This document shows, in pieces, positions 14,975 to 27,701 of a DNA stretch of 64,000 bases. The position numbers were made by a program, and so were the translations under genes. Source of the DNA: Octopus sinensis. Taxonomy: Eukaryota. The notes under the pieces were generated by a model. The model was not told where the DNA came from. It did no database searches and saw only the letters and a list, made by a program, of their open reading frames with translations. The DNA lies in NCBI RefSeq assembly GCF_006345805.1, contig NC_042999.1:55428001-55492000 (forward strand), read 5' to 3'. The stretch's first letter is position 1; each line of letters starts with the position of its first letter.

Positions 14975-15912
14975 TTACAACTCAACCCAGCAACCCAAGA
15001 TTTCTATAGGGGCCTAGTTGAGGGTATGAGTGATGATGGCCTAGGATTGAATCTAGGCATCGGCGAGAACAGTTTCAGTAGTCTCTTCCAGAGGACCTTC
15101 GGGTCGAAGACTATGGACAATTTACAAAAGTCTTTGGTTTGGCAGTGCTACAGAGGAGCATTGCCCGTTCGAAACAAGTTCTTCAGGCATGGAAGTGTCA
15201 ACAGCCGAACCTGCCCGAGATGCTTGCAGGGGGACAAAACCGTCCTGCATGCAATAATTCAGTGCCCGTACATTAGAGAGTTTCAGGATCGTATGTAGCA
15301 GATGTCGTCGAATGTAAGACGATTTCAGCTGTCTGCTGTGTGTAGATTAAAGATCGACGCAGCACCTTCTCTGCTAAGGGAGGTATTTCTATGCTTAATG
15401 GCTGTGGTTAGAGACTGTGTGGTGGACCCGTCTGAAAGATTTGAAGACCGGCACTTTCCTATCTGGTCAAGCCCTCGTCATTTTTCCCAAATATCATTTG
15501 AAGAGGAAGATAAAGGTAGAGAGGGGGTTGCAGCCTTCTAGTGTGTTTATCAAAAGGTGGCCGACAGTGGCAAGACTGGTGAGATTGAATGGATATACTC
15601 TGAATATGCTTTTCTAAACAGGACGAAAGAACCTGGAAGAGGGCACTTTCCCATGCCTTGGGGATGGCAGAGTAATCCGGTATTTTTGTGCGGGGTTTAC
15701 CCTGGACTACTCTAAGTGGATTCCTCCGCTTTTGGGGATTCTACTTATTTATTTCTCTTATGTATCCTCTTTCATATCCTTTAATGTGGTAGTATCTCCT
15801 CTTGATTGATATTAACTTCACATGTTTTTGTTTTTGTAACATTTTTTGTGCTGTAACTCGTCCTTCCTTATTGTGCTCCATGTCTTGGGCATCGTCTCCA
15901 ATAAAATAAATC
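14975..15912 (+). mobile_element. 3' fragment of L1/Tx1-clade LINE (zf-RVT region plus 3' UTR)
   Basis: W..YRGALPVRNK..TCPRC..KTVLHAIIQCP zinc-binding motif, T-rich 3' UTR, terminal AATAAAATAAA. Confidence 0.7.
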
Positions 15913-15986
15913 ATTGATAACTTCCAGAAATTCCTGGCCTAACAGTGCTACCGGGAGGGGCGGGGCGCTGCCGGGTCGAGATAAGC

Positions 15987-16286
15987 TGAATAAGGATTGT
16001 TTAAGGATGTTGAACGAAACGCATATGTTTCCAGAGGTGAAATATTCAAACCCAAAAGAATCCCTCTCAACACATGGCTATGATGCTCCCCTACTACTTC
16101 TGTTTGTGATCAGAGATGCACTTATCGTCAGCCACTAAGGGACATGCTCAACTGGTTAAGATCAAACAACTGACAAGCAAATCTGTGGTATTGAGCAGAA
16201 TATCTGCTGCAGCCCATCTTTTATACCAAGACAAAACAATATACATGATTACACTTCCAATCAGTTAAGATCAGCAGCCATGAGAG

Positions 16287-16288
<2 letters not shown>
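15987..16288 (-). mobile_element. Partial copy of ~555 bp TAA-flanked element
   Basis: Matches ~1190-1468 and continues to GCCATGAGAGC before (TTA)n. Confidence 0.8.
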
Positions 16289-16339
<51 letters not shown>

Positions 16340-16340
<1 letters not shown>

Positions 16341-19300
16341 TTTTTTTTTTCTTCTTTCAAATTTTCTTCCATTTCTTGCCGAGTGTCTTCCCGACTCCTA
16401 GGGCAAAGAAACTCATAGTGTATATTGGTAGGCCATTAAACCAAACTCAGTAGTTCGTTCATTTTTTTTTTTTTTTTTTTAAAGTTAAATTAAAATACAT
16501 GAGCAGCAACAGTTCTCACATCGACAATGCTCTTCTCAATACGTGTGATGTACCAGTTAAGACAATCTTTTGCACTTCTTGCAGGGATGGTAAGCCAGGG
16601 ATCATTCTCATATAATTTCGGTCCCTTCTTGATCATTCCTAGTGCTCCTACGATCACTGGTATTGTAACCGCCTTGAGATGCCACATTTTCTCAATTTCA
16701 ATGAGTAGGTCTTTATATTTTCTGAGCTTGTCAAACTCTTTCGCTGAGATATTATGATCACAGGGGATGCTCATGTCGATCAATAAGCAAACTTTATTGT
16801 TTTGGTCTTTCACAACAATATCTGGTTTATTGGCCTTGATGGTTCGGTCTGTATGTACTGGAAAGTCCCACAGAATGGTTACTTTCTCCTTCAGTTACAG
16901 CCTCAGGGTGGTGATTATACCACTTGTCGGCAGTTTTGATATTGTAATGCCGACTTATTAGCCAGTGGAGATATTGGCCAACTCTGTCATGTCTTAATTT
17001 ATACTCCACTGGTGCTAAGACTTTACATCCAGAGATTAGGTGGTCCACTGTTTCAATCATGTCGTTGCAGAATCGGCATTTTGGGTTGCTCCATTTTTCA
17101 TCACATTGGCCTGGTAGTTCCGGGTTAATAGGCTTTGGTCTTGAGCAGCCAGGATGAAACCTTCGCTCTCTGCTTTTAGCCCTGAGCTCCGCAGCCACTG
17201 ATGGGTTTGCTTCTGGTCAACATCAGCTTGTTTGCTGCGGGTCACATATTTGCCGTGCAGAGGTTTCTCCTCCCACCTATCAGCCAATTGCTCGTGCGCT
17301 TTTTTCATTGCCATCATTTTCACCTTCTTTGCAACAATAGTTGCCGTACTTCCCTCGGGTTGTTCAGTTTGGGTATCCTGCACGAGATCAATAGCAAATT
17401 TTTTGCTTTCCTTGATGATAGAATGAAGCTTCTTTCGTCTCTCGTGATTTTCCACGAGCTTTAGCATCCAGTCATTCGATATTCGAGATATTTGGCCAGT
17501 CCAATTGTGGTTGTTTTGTAAGCTAGTTCAAATTGGATCAGGCCTCGACCTCCTTGGGCTCTGGGAAGGTAAAGGCGATCTACGTCTGCCTTTGGGTGGT
17601 GCATCCTATTACAACTCAGCAGCTTGCGTATTTTTCTATCTATATTCTTTACTTCACTCATATTCCAGTTCAACACATTGTAGCTATAAGTAACAACTGG
17701 AACTGCTAAGGAATTTATAGCTAACACCTTGTTACGTGCATTTAGTTCAGATTTCAGGACTGCACGAACTCTCCTATAACATTCCTTCCTGATTTTCTCT
17801 TTCATGCTTGCATGCTGAATACCAGAGCCTTCATTTATCCCTAAATATTTGTATGTCTGTTCTTGCCCAAGCTCTCTTATGACTGTGTCAACATCTAACA
17901 CGACTGACTGAATTTGTGGTCTTCACTTTCCCTTTCTGGAAAGTGGCCTTGGCACACTTCTCAAGTCCAAACTCCATCCCGATGTCATCGCTGAATGCTT
18001 TCACGGTGCGCAATAGGCCTTCAAGTTCATTATTGTCTTTACCATAAAGTTTTAAGTCATCCATATAAAATAGATGGCTTATTTTTTTATTGGCAATTTT
18101 ATACCCATACCCTGTTCTGTTTAATTCACTTGTAAGGGGTATTAGGGCTATGCAGAATATTAAAGGTGAAAGTGAGTCACCTTGAAAATTCCACAGTTGA
18201 TGTTTATATTTTCTGAGGCAAGTACTCCATTAGAGTGGTATAATTGGAGATTCGTATTCCACAACGACATATTGTGCTTCAGGAAGTTTGAAATCACAGG
18301 GGAAATTTTAAAGATGTCAGCGATCTCAAGATCCATGGATGCGGTATACTGTCGAAGGCCTTTTTATAGTCAATCCATGCGGTGCTGAGATTTCTGCGCT
18401 TGTTGTGACAGTTCTCAAGGATCATACGATTGATTAGCAGTTAATCTTTGCATCCGTAAGAGCCTCGGCGGCACCCTTTTTGTTCAATGGGGAAAATATC
18501 GTTCTTCTCCATGAATGCATATGTTTTCTCCGCCAGGATAGATGTTAGGATTTTATACGTGGTGGATAGACAGGTTATAGGCCGATAGTTTTTTGGAAGG
18601 TTGGTTTCGTTATTCTTTGGGAGTAGGTAAGTAATGCCACTTGCTAACCATTCAGGTGTTTTCTTTGGGTCTCTCAAAATTCCATTGAGCAGCTGAACTA
18701 GCTTACCGTGTGCGCACGGGAGCGATGCGAGCCAGAAATTCGGCACCCTATCTTTACCGGGGGATTTCCAATTATGGCCCCTCGTGAGTGCCTTTCTTAG
18801 GTCTGCTATTGTGATGTCTCCCATGCTTGTTGTTGTAAATTTTGGTAGGATCCTTCAGTTTGTATAATCCAGTCTGCATTTATGTTGTACGTCTTCTTGT
18901 CACTCCAAATCCTTTCCCAAAAGTTTTGAACTTCTTCCATGGGAGGGGGATCTTTAACGGTTACTTTCTCCTTCCCTATTTCTCTGTAGAATTTTTTGGC
19001 ATTGGATGTGAACAGCTTATTTTGCTTGTAAAATGTTTCTCTTCTCAAATCTTCGTATTCTTTGGCTTTTGCTTGGACTTTTTGTTTCAGCGTTTCTTTT
19101 ATTGATATCAGTTCTTCTCTTGGTGAGGATCCAAATTTTCTCTTCATCTTTCTCCTGTTCTGGATCTTTCATCATTTCCACATATTAGTTCATTTAATAT
19201 TGATATTTCCCCTCTCATAAATTCAATCTCTTTTTCAATTTTACTTCTCCGGGTTTGATTTCTTCCCAGGTTTTGTTTTCTGTTTTTTCGGGGGCATACA

Positions 19301-20297
19301 GCTGGTTTCAATTGCCTAGCAGAAGCGTAAATAATTTCATTTAACTCAGTAAAATCAGGTTTTAATTCTCGTATTATTTCATTTGTTACATAGTTGCCAA
19401 TTTGGATTTGTTTTTTATTTTGGTTTGTATTTGAGAGTTTATGAAGCGGTTCTCTATCATTCATACTTGTATGTCTTACAACTTCAAGCGTATTCAGGAT
19501 TTTCTGCCTCATTTCTGCCATAGACTCTGTGTTCTTCAGCAAATGCGAGATCTTCAGTTACTGTTGTTTTTTCGTTTTCCTGGCTATCTTTAACAGGTAC
19601 AATAGAATTTCTTGTATCTTCAGGCCTTTGCGTACTTTGGTCAGATGGCAGTCTTTCAATTAAGCCTCGTGGCGGGCTATACTTTCATCTGATTCTTCAT
19701 TTCCTTTGTGTCTTATATTTATGTCATTTTCCGTTGCGTGCTTGATCGCACTTATTTCACTGTCTGTGAGTCTGTTATTTCTAAAGATATCCCTCCTCAC
19801 ATTTGCTAATTTGTTCTCGTCCAAATAGGGCCTTGTCTTGATTCCGTGTTCTCCATATACTGTAAGAGTTTGCGGTGTGTCTCTCTTGAGATAGCCTACC
19901 TAATGCATAGTAATAAGCGTATATTACTTCTTTATACTCTTCTCGGGTCCATTTGTTCCGCTTACATTTTTCTTTCTGTGGTGGGTGTGGTGGTGAACTT
20001 GGAGGGCTCGAGTTGGGGGATTTCCCGTTCAAGTGACCATCCATATCCGTATTCGGAGAAGAGTTTGTGCCAGTTGATGACTTTTCGATCCCAGGCTGGC
20101 TCTTCCCTGGGGGACGCGCTTCCAGATTAACCATAGGACAAGCGATTTGGTATACTGATTTAGTTTTCCTTTTAGTTTCCAAAAACATTTTGGTGCTACG
20201 ATAATGTTATCATTTTTTAGCTTTGATTGGCTCGTGGGGAGACGGCCATCATTGCCGTTACAATTATAATCGTACCATTATAGCAGCCGTAGTCGGC
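16340..20297 (-). mobile_element. Apparently full-length R4/Dong-clade site-specific non-LTR retrotransposon, family A
   Basis: TAA-type repeats at both ends, ~110 bp 5' UTR, single ORF spanning 20188-16516 (frameshifted), ~175 bp 3' UTR. Confidence 0.92.
16516..20188 (-). pseudogene. Frameshifted RT-RLE polyprotein (~1220 aa if corrected)
   Basis: N-terminal RNKWTREEYKEVIYAYY (Myb-like), KSPGKD, NYRPITCL, GIFQGDSLSP, HLFYMDDLKL, YKYLGI, GGRGL, CRFC..HLISGC, RHD, KPDIVV..LIDMSIP..K..K..KY. Confidence 0.88.
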
Positions 20298-20515
20298 TTA
20301 TTATTGTTATTATCTTCACCATTACCATCACTATCATCATTATCACCACCATTACCATCATCATCATCACCATCACCATCACCACCATCATCATCAATGA
20401 TATTGTTTTATGTGTAGTCACAGCAGTATCTTATTATTGTTATTTTTGTTTTTTTATCATTATCACCATAACAGTAGTGTCTGTCTGTCTCGTTGGCTGG
20501 CTTGGTGGTTGGCTG

Positions 20516-20569
<54 letters not shown>

Positions 20570-20570
<1 letters not shown>

Positions 20571-20787
20571 GGGCGGTAAAAGGCGAACTGGCAGAATACT
20601 TAGAATGCTTAGCGGCATTTCGTCCGTCTTTACATTCTGGGGTCAAATTCGGCCGAGGTCGACTTTGCCTTTCATCCTTTCGGGGTCGATAAATTAAGTA
20701 CCAGTGGATCACTGGGGTCGATGTCATCCACTGGTCCCCTCCCCACCCCGCCCCAAATTTTTAGGCCTTGTGCCTTTAGTAGAAAGG
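20570..20787 (+). mobile_element. tRNA-derived SINE, family A (second decayed copy follows at ~20800-20960)
   Basis: Family A core; preceded by (TTA)n. Confidence 0.8.
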
Positions 20788-21684
20788 ATTACTTGGGTGG
20801 TAATGTAGCAGGGTTGTTAGCAAGTCCGGACAAATGCTTACCAGCATTTCTTGCAGATTTACGTTCTGAGTTCAAATTCAGCTGAGGTCGATGAAATAAG
20901 TACCAGCTGAGCATCACTGGGGTGGAGGCAATCAACTAGTCTCTCCCCCAACATTTTGTGTCTATAATAAGACGGATTCTGCCTCATCCATTGTTTGGGA
21001 AGTAAACATTACAATTTTAGCTCTCAAGAAAGAAAAACAAAACATGTTAAATTCAATCAACCAAGGAGAATAATACAAACACGAAATTTTTCATTTAAAC
21101 TTCGACGTTATTTCCTAAATAGTAAGGCTAATAGTAAGGTTTTGTTTGTGGTTTCGAATATTTTTCTTCGCTTGGAAATGAAGCGAAAATAACGATTATG
21201 TAATGAATACATAAAATGAGAAAATTTAAATACAAATTCAAAATGCAATTAATGAAATAAACCAGATGAAATTCTTGCACTTTTAAACTTTGTGTTTACA
21301 AAAATTGGTTGCGTATTTTTTAATATATATTGTGTAAACTATATTGACTAGACTAATATAATTCTTACTCCTATATTTTAGTTGGCAAAAATGAAAAACA
21401 ACAGAGCTTTTGTGTCTCCAAGCCCATCAATTTGACCAGAATTCCAATATAAATCAAGCAAAGATCATTTAGGTCGGAACAAATAGTTCTTGTTGATAGA
21501 AAACTAAAAATTTACCAACATTGAGCCGGGAAATTTAGGGGGAAAATATTTTTATGGTTATTTCTGTGAAAGGAGATGAAATGACCCCTGATGTCTTTCG
21601 ACCTTTCAATCTTTTAGTTTGACTTTTCTCTCGCCCACACAATATCAACGTAAAATTTTTATCGCCCTCTCCCTGTCTGTCAGT

Positions 21685-21719
21685 TCGCCTGTCTGTCTGT
21701 CTATCTGTCTATCTGTCTG

Positions 21720-21818
<99 letters not shown>

Positions 21819-21929
21819 GTCTATCAATCATATATCAATCCATCCATCCATCCATCTATCTATCTTTCTATTTATCTATCTATCTATCTATCTGTCTGTC
21901 TATCAATCCATCTATCAATCCATCCATCC

Positions 21930-21987
<58 letters not shown>

Positions 21988-22065
21988 ATCTATCTATCTA
22001 TCTATCTATATATCTATCTATCTATCTATCTATTTATGTCTCTCTGCCTATCTATCTGTCTGTCT
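21685..22065. repeat. (TATC)/(TGTC)/(TCCA)n compound microsatellite
   Basis: Read directly. Confidence 0.9.
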
Positions 22066-22770
22066 CATTATTCTATCGTTAATGCTTACCATCCTCCCTA
22101 CCACCTTTCCTATCAGCAATATAATCTTATCATTATTCATTTTTTTCTTTTTTCTTTCTCACAATTTCTTTATTTCGCTTTCTCTCTTACAGTGTCTCTC
22201 TTTCTCTCTCACTTTTTAATTACGATTCTTTCTGTATTTGTTTTATTAATTACAAATCTCTCTCACTCACACACACACACACACTATCTCTCTCTCTCTC
22301 TCACTACTAGCATCACAATAACACCACCACCGCATTATCACCACCATCACCACCATCGCCACTATCACCCACCACAGCCCTTGCCATTACCACCCTCCCC
22401 ACCACCACCACCATCACCCTTAAAGCCACCATCTCCTACCCCACCTCACCCCCCACGACTACCACCCACAACAGACGATTTGTTTCCATTGAATAATAAC
22501 GACTTTAAAATTGGATTAAAATGAAATCGTTGGGCGAGAATCACAGCAAGTCGTCCGTGAAGGTGAAACGAAACAAGAATTCTATAGAATTCACTTTTAT
22601 CGCAGACAATAACCATTATTTTCAATATCACTGAATGGTAGATCGGTGAGGAACGGCACCCAAGAGGTTCATTCGTTTCAGTTAACCTTTCTAAGATTTA
22701 ATAATTCTCCGATGTCGTTCATCACTCAAAACAAATTTATATTGGGACGCCCCCGCCCCATCATCATCAT

Positions 22771-22823
<53 letters not shown>

Positions 22824-22892
22824 TTATTATTGTTGTTTTTGTTGTTGTTTGTGGTGGCGGTGTTGGTGTTGTTGTTGTTGTTGTTGCTGTTG

Positions 22893-22924
<32 letters not shown>

Positions 22925-23178
22925 GGTAGTGGTGTTGGTGGTTGTGGTGGTGGTGTTGGTGGTGTGGTGGTGGTGGTGGTGATGTTGTTGTTGCTGTTTA
23001 TTTTATTATCGCCCCGTCCTCCTTCTCCTACCCTCTTCTTTTTCTTCCATAAATTGGCATACTCATTAAATTCCATGGGAACCCGACGATAATCTCCATA
23101 CCCTTCTTCTGAAGTCCCGTGTCAAATAAAAATATATCCATCTTCCATCGTCATCACCGTCACCACCGCCACAACCAC

Positions 23179-23211
<33 letters not shown>

Positions 23212-23441
23212 CATTCCTGGTGTTTCTCACAGTTTTTGAAAAGTGGCTTAATTTTTCCTTTTAAGATCTCTCCATGAGGTCTGAGACAAAGAGTAAAACC
23301 TTTCTCATTATTTAAATTTGACGGATATTTCTCCTCATCTTGTTTGTTGTTAACACAGCGTTTCATCAGGTGTCTTGGGGAAATTTCGAACCTGGGTTCT
23401 CATTCCTAAGGTATTTTTCGATGTTATTATTATTATTATTA

Positions 23442-23517
<76 letters not shown>

Positions 23518-23524
23518 ATTATTA

Positions 23525-23590
<66 letters not shown>

Positions 23591-23685
23591 CATATTATTA
23601 TTATATTATTATTATATTATTATTATTATTATTATATTATCATTATTATTATTATTATTATTCAGGTCATATGCTCGTGGGCATA

Positions 23686-23739
23686 TGACGTAGTGGTTAA
23701 GAGCGCAGGCTACTAACTCCAAGATTCTGAGTTCGATTC
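23686..23739 (+). promoter_or_regulatory. Pol III type 2 internal promoter (A and B boxes) in tRNA-like head
   Basis: A-box-like TGACGTAGTGG (23686-23696) and B box GTTCGATTC (23731-23739) at tRNA spacing. Confidence 0.7.
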
Positions 23740-23781
23740 CAGGCATTGACCCGAATAACAACAACAACAACAACAACAACA

Positions 23782-23826
<45 letters not shown>

Positions 23827-23873
23827 TTGAAAAATACCTTAGGAATGAGAACCCAGATTCGAAACTTCTCCAA

Positions 23874-23919
23874 GACACCTGATGATGGTTGTAGTGTATA
23901 TCAACCGAAACATTGTGTT
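23874..23919 (+). ncRNA. Minimal type I hammerhead ribozyme motif
   Basis: GACAC-CTGATGA-T-GGTTG[10 nt]CAACC-GAAA-CA-TT-GTGTT; stem III is mutated here, while the inverted arm retains CG. Confidence 0.65.
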
Positions 23920-23991
23920 AGCAACAAACAAGATGAAGACAAATATCCGCCAAATGTAAATTATGTAAATAATGTACATAATGTACATATA

Positions 23992-24412
23992 GGCGCAGGA
24001 GTGGCTGTGTGGAAAGTAACTTGCTGACCAACCACATGGTTCTGGGTTCAATCCCACTGCGTGTCATCTTGGGCAAGTGTCTTCTGCTATAGCCCCGGGC
24101 CGACCAATGCCTTGTGAGTGGATTTGGTAGACGGAAACTGAAAGAAGCCTGTCGTATATATGTATATTTATATATGTATGAGTGTGTGTGTCCGTGTGTC
24201 TATGTTTGTCCCCCTAGCATTGCTTGACAACCGATGCTGGTGTGTGTTTACGTCCCCGTCACTTAACGGTTCGGCAAAAGAGACCGATAGAATAAGTACT
24301 GGGCTTACAAAGAATAAGTCCCGGGGTCGATTTGCTCGACTAAAGGCGGTGCTCCAGCATGGCCGCAGTCAAATGACTGAAACAAATAAAATAGTAGTAA
24401 ATAGTAAATAGT
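23992..24412 (+). mobile_element. CORE-type SINE family B, full length, nested in hammerhead element
   Basis: GGCGCAGGAGTGGCTGTGTGG head through GACTGAAAC tail. Confidence 0.88.
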
Positions 24413-24692
24413 AATTCCTCATCTCTTAAATATAGAACGGTATAACCTTTCTCATGATATAAGTAGTACCTAATAAGGCATTGTTTTGGTTCAGCGCTGA
24501 TATCATATTTGATTTTAAGTTATGTCAAAGAATTGTAACAGTTTCTTTGATATGTTCTTCAGTGTCCCTACAACTACAGGAGCAACTTTGGAAATGGTAT
24601 TCCTATTTCTTTCTAGTTCCACCTTCGCCTTTGCAGAGTTGGTCATCTTTTCCACTTCTTCAACTTGCTTCATTAATCTTTTATTCTGTTAT

Positions 24693-25096
24693 GTGTTTCA
24701 GTCATTTGACTGCAGCCATGCTGGAGCATCGCTTTTAGTCGAAGAAATCGACCCAAAAGACTTATTCTTCGTAAGCCTAGTACTTATTCTATAGCGGTCT
24801 CTTTTTGCTGAACCGCTAAGTTACGGGGACGTAAACACACCAATATCGGTTGTCAAGCGATAGTCGGGGTGGGGGAACAAACACACACACTCACACAAAC
24901 ACACATATATATATATATATATGTGTTGTGTGTGTGTGTGACGGGCTTCTTTCAGTTTCCGTCTACCAAATCTACTCTTTAGTCGGCCAGAGGCTAAAGT
25001 AGAAGACACTTGCCCAAGGTGCCACGCAGTGGGGCTGAACCCAGAACCATGTGGTTGGTAATCAAGCTACTTACCACACAGCCACTCCTGCACCTA
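24693..25096 (-). mobile_element. CORE-type SINE family B
   Basis: Reverse complement of 23992-24412. Confidence 0.85.
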
Positions 25097-25585
25097 TGGT
25101 CACTTACAAATCAAATATTAAAGTTTTGTGGGATTGTATAACCACCAAATTGATGTCCAGCCATCTCTTTCCCACTACTATCCGTTTGTACATTAAGCTC
25201 CCACAGAATGTTCACGCTGATATTCTCCATAACTGACTCTGTTTTGTGTAGATGCTCTTTCCCATGTACTTCTAATTTACCGAGATTCTAGTGAACGTAG
25301 TGACTCACCCTATCGTGGAAGGCTTTGTATTGACGTTGTGCAAGTATCCCACACGAACTGACAATGTGTGCCACGCTCTCTACAACTCCCCATACGCAAT
25401 CGGCACTTGTCACTTTCAACAATCTTGTAGATAAACATCTTTATGGAGTTGGTCGCAAGGGCCGCATCCTGATTTGCCATAAGAAGACGTTTTTGTTCCC
25501 CTCTTTAGTTCTCCTCTTCCAATCCAAGTCCATGAATCAGTAGCCGTCACGTTTTTTGTTTCCCTTTCAAATTTTCCAAGGAATC

Positions 25586-25973
25586 TAATTCCTTTAACAA
25601 AAGCACAACACCATCGCCAGCCTCGTGGTATCGTCACCCCCACCACACACACATATCAACACCACCACCACCATTACCATCTTCATCACTTCCACATCCA
25701 CATCATTATTACCCTCACCACTCTATCACCCACCACTACCACCATCACAACTACAACCCACACAGCCTCACCAACAAATCAGTTGACGTCACGCTAATTA
25801 GATTCCGTTAATTCGTTAGTTTCTCCTTCACAGTTCATTGACTGTTGAATGGCTTCTATATTTTGGTGATGGTACTGGTGGTGGTGGGGGAGGAGGAATG
25901 GCAGGACGGACGCGGCTATTTCATTAACCATTTTCATTTGCGTTGTCCCCGAAATATTTCCTTGTGCACAATT
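25586..25973 (+). repeat. One copy of an old inverted duplication (partner 30517-30968)
   Basis: GTTGACGTCACGCTAATTAGATTCCGTTAATTCGTTAGTTTCTC is identical in reverse at ~30664-30707; flanking blocks also align. Confidence 0.85.
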
Positions 25974-26506
25974 TCAACCCTCCACTCTTGAACTTCAACT
26001 CTCCTTGAACTCCAACTCTCCACCCTCTCATTTTATGATCAGCAGTTAAGTACCACGGCTGTTATAAGTGGTTTCACCTTTTATCTAAATCCGTAACTCA
26101 AAGTCCCAGTAAAAATGTCGAGCGTTGGGTGACGGCGGCAAAAATAGTTAGGATAAACGGATCTACTCTAAGCAAACGCCTGTAGATTGGGCAACAACAG
26201 ATGAGCAAGGGTCTGTATTGGTCAGGGAAATTCTAGACCTATAGGTTTCCCCATTTAGTCTAAGCTGCAGATTCCCCTGTGACAGGACTACATCATAGAA
26301 TTATTCATGTGGTTCTGCAGTAAGAAGTCTATTCCCCAACGACATTGTTCTGGGTTCAGTCCTACTGCATGATACCTTGGGCATGTGTTTTCTATAGCAT
26401 CAGGCAGACCAGAGCCTTGTAAATGGATTTCATTGACAGAAACTGAAAGAAGTCCATCGTATATATATATGTATGTATATATGTATAAAAATTATATATA
26501 AAAATA

Positions 26507-26537
<31 letters not shown>

Positions 26538-26544
<7 letters not shown>

Positions 26545-26822
26545 ACCGACCAGGCTACACATCGCTGGTCACAATGGGCTTAACATTGTTTTAGCCTTCA
26601 AATGACGCCACCCCGCTGGCTAAGCGAGCAGGTCAACAGAAGAAAGAGTGAGAGAAAGTTGCGGCGAAAGAGTACAACAGGGGTCACCACCACCCCTACC
26701 GGAACCTCGTGGAGGTTTAGGTGTTTTCGCTCCATAAACACGCACAACACCCGGTCTGGGAATCGAAACCGCGATCCTCTGACCGTGAGTCCGCTGCCCT
26801 AACCACTCGGCCATTGCGCCTC
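26538..26822 (-). mobile_element. tRNA-derived SINE, family C
   Basis: Minus strand GGCGCAATGGCCGAGTGGTTAGGGC..GTTTCGATTCCC head; decayed relatives at ~28600-28815 and ~31222-31380. Confidence 0.75.
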
Positions 26823-26841
26823 AACACACACACACACACAT

Positions 26842-26909
<68 letters not shown>

Positions 26910-27562
26910 TATATATATCTTCGTTCTTTCCACTTTTGTTTTTCTCTTACATTTCTTGGCCTTATATATATGTATGTATATATTCTCATTACTTTGTCTC
27001 CTCCTTTACCTCACTCTGTCCCTTTCCATTCTTTTCTCTCTTTCTCGTCCCTCCCTAATTCTTCAATCCCTCTGCCTCTATCTCTCTCCTCTCCTTCCAC
27101 GTGACCGGCGTTCGGACAAGCCTGACCTTTCTTGGTTCGACTACCATCCGTGTAGCATCTCTTATATTCCTTCCCATGACTTTCATCACTTAGGTTCCTG
27201 CCGTAAGGTTTCACTTCCACACACGCCAGCTTAATTTAATTCGTCCTTAGTCAAAAGACATCTGTTGTTTGTATTTGTAATTGTGTACCATTTCTCCGTT
27301 TTTTTTTTTCGTCCTTGTTTTCGTATACATTCGCTTGCTTTCCTCCAAAGAATCTAGTGCTCCTCACTTAGATTTTCTTGGGGCCGACCAGACTGGAGCA
27401 GTCTCGAGTGTAACCGGCCGAAACTGCAAAGACGGTCTGGAACTCGACTGAAGATAGAAAGTTCCGAATGACCCATCCTTGTTATTTCCTGTCCTTTTTT
27501 TGTATCATCTAACAGTCCGGATGTTATGTTGTTGCCTGTTACGTTCTTGTTCCTTTTGTTTT

Positions 27563-27648
<86 letters not shown>

Positions 27649-27701
27649 TTGGATATATATATATATATATATATAGATATATATTGGATATATATATATA
27701 T

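Larger units (their letters stand above)
23306..24443. mobile_element. Composite tRNA-headed, hammerhead-bearing element with inverted 5'-truncated arm
   Basis: Left arm 23306-23669 is the reverse complement of the right unit from TGACC.GAA onward. The right unit has a tRNA head at 23678-23750, (AAC/AAT)n and a hammerhead at 23874-23919. AACCTTTCTCAT is repeated at 23297-23308 and 24444-24455. Confidence 0.75.

Noticed and set aside
20189-20297. HDV-like ribozyme in the Dong 5' UTR
   Set aside because: A P3/L3-like CGT-CTCCCCC-ACG is present but I could not assign P1, P1.1 and P2.
21619-22524. 301 aa ORF
   Set aside because: Built from (TATC)n, (CA)n and (CAC)n repeats.
23678-23750. Functional tRNA gene
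   Set aside because: No acceptor-stem pairing or oligo-T terminator; continues into a repeat body.
25830-25930. Duplicated coding exon after a conserved AG acceptor-like site
   Set aside because: The reading frame is not preserved between the two copies and stops occur early.
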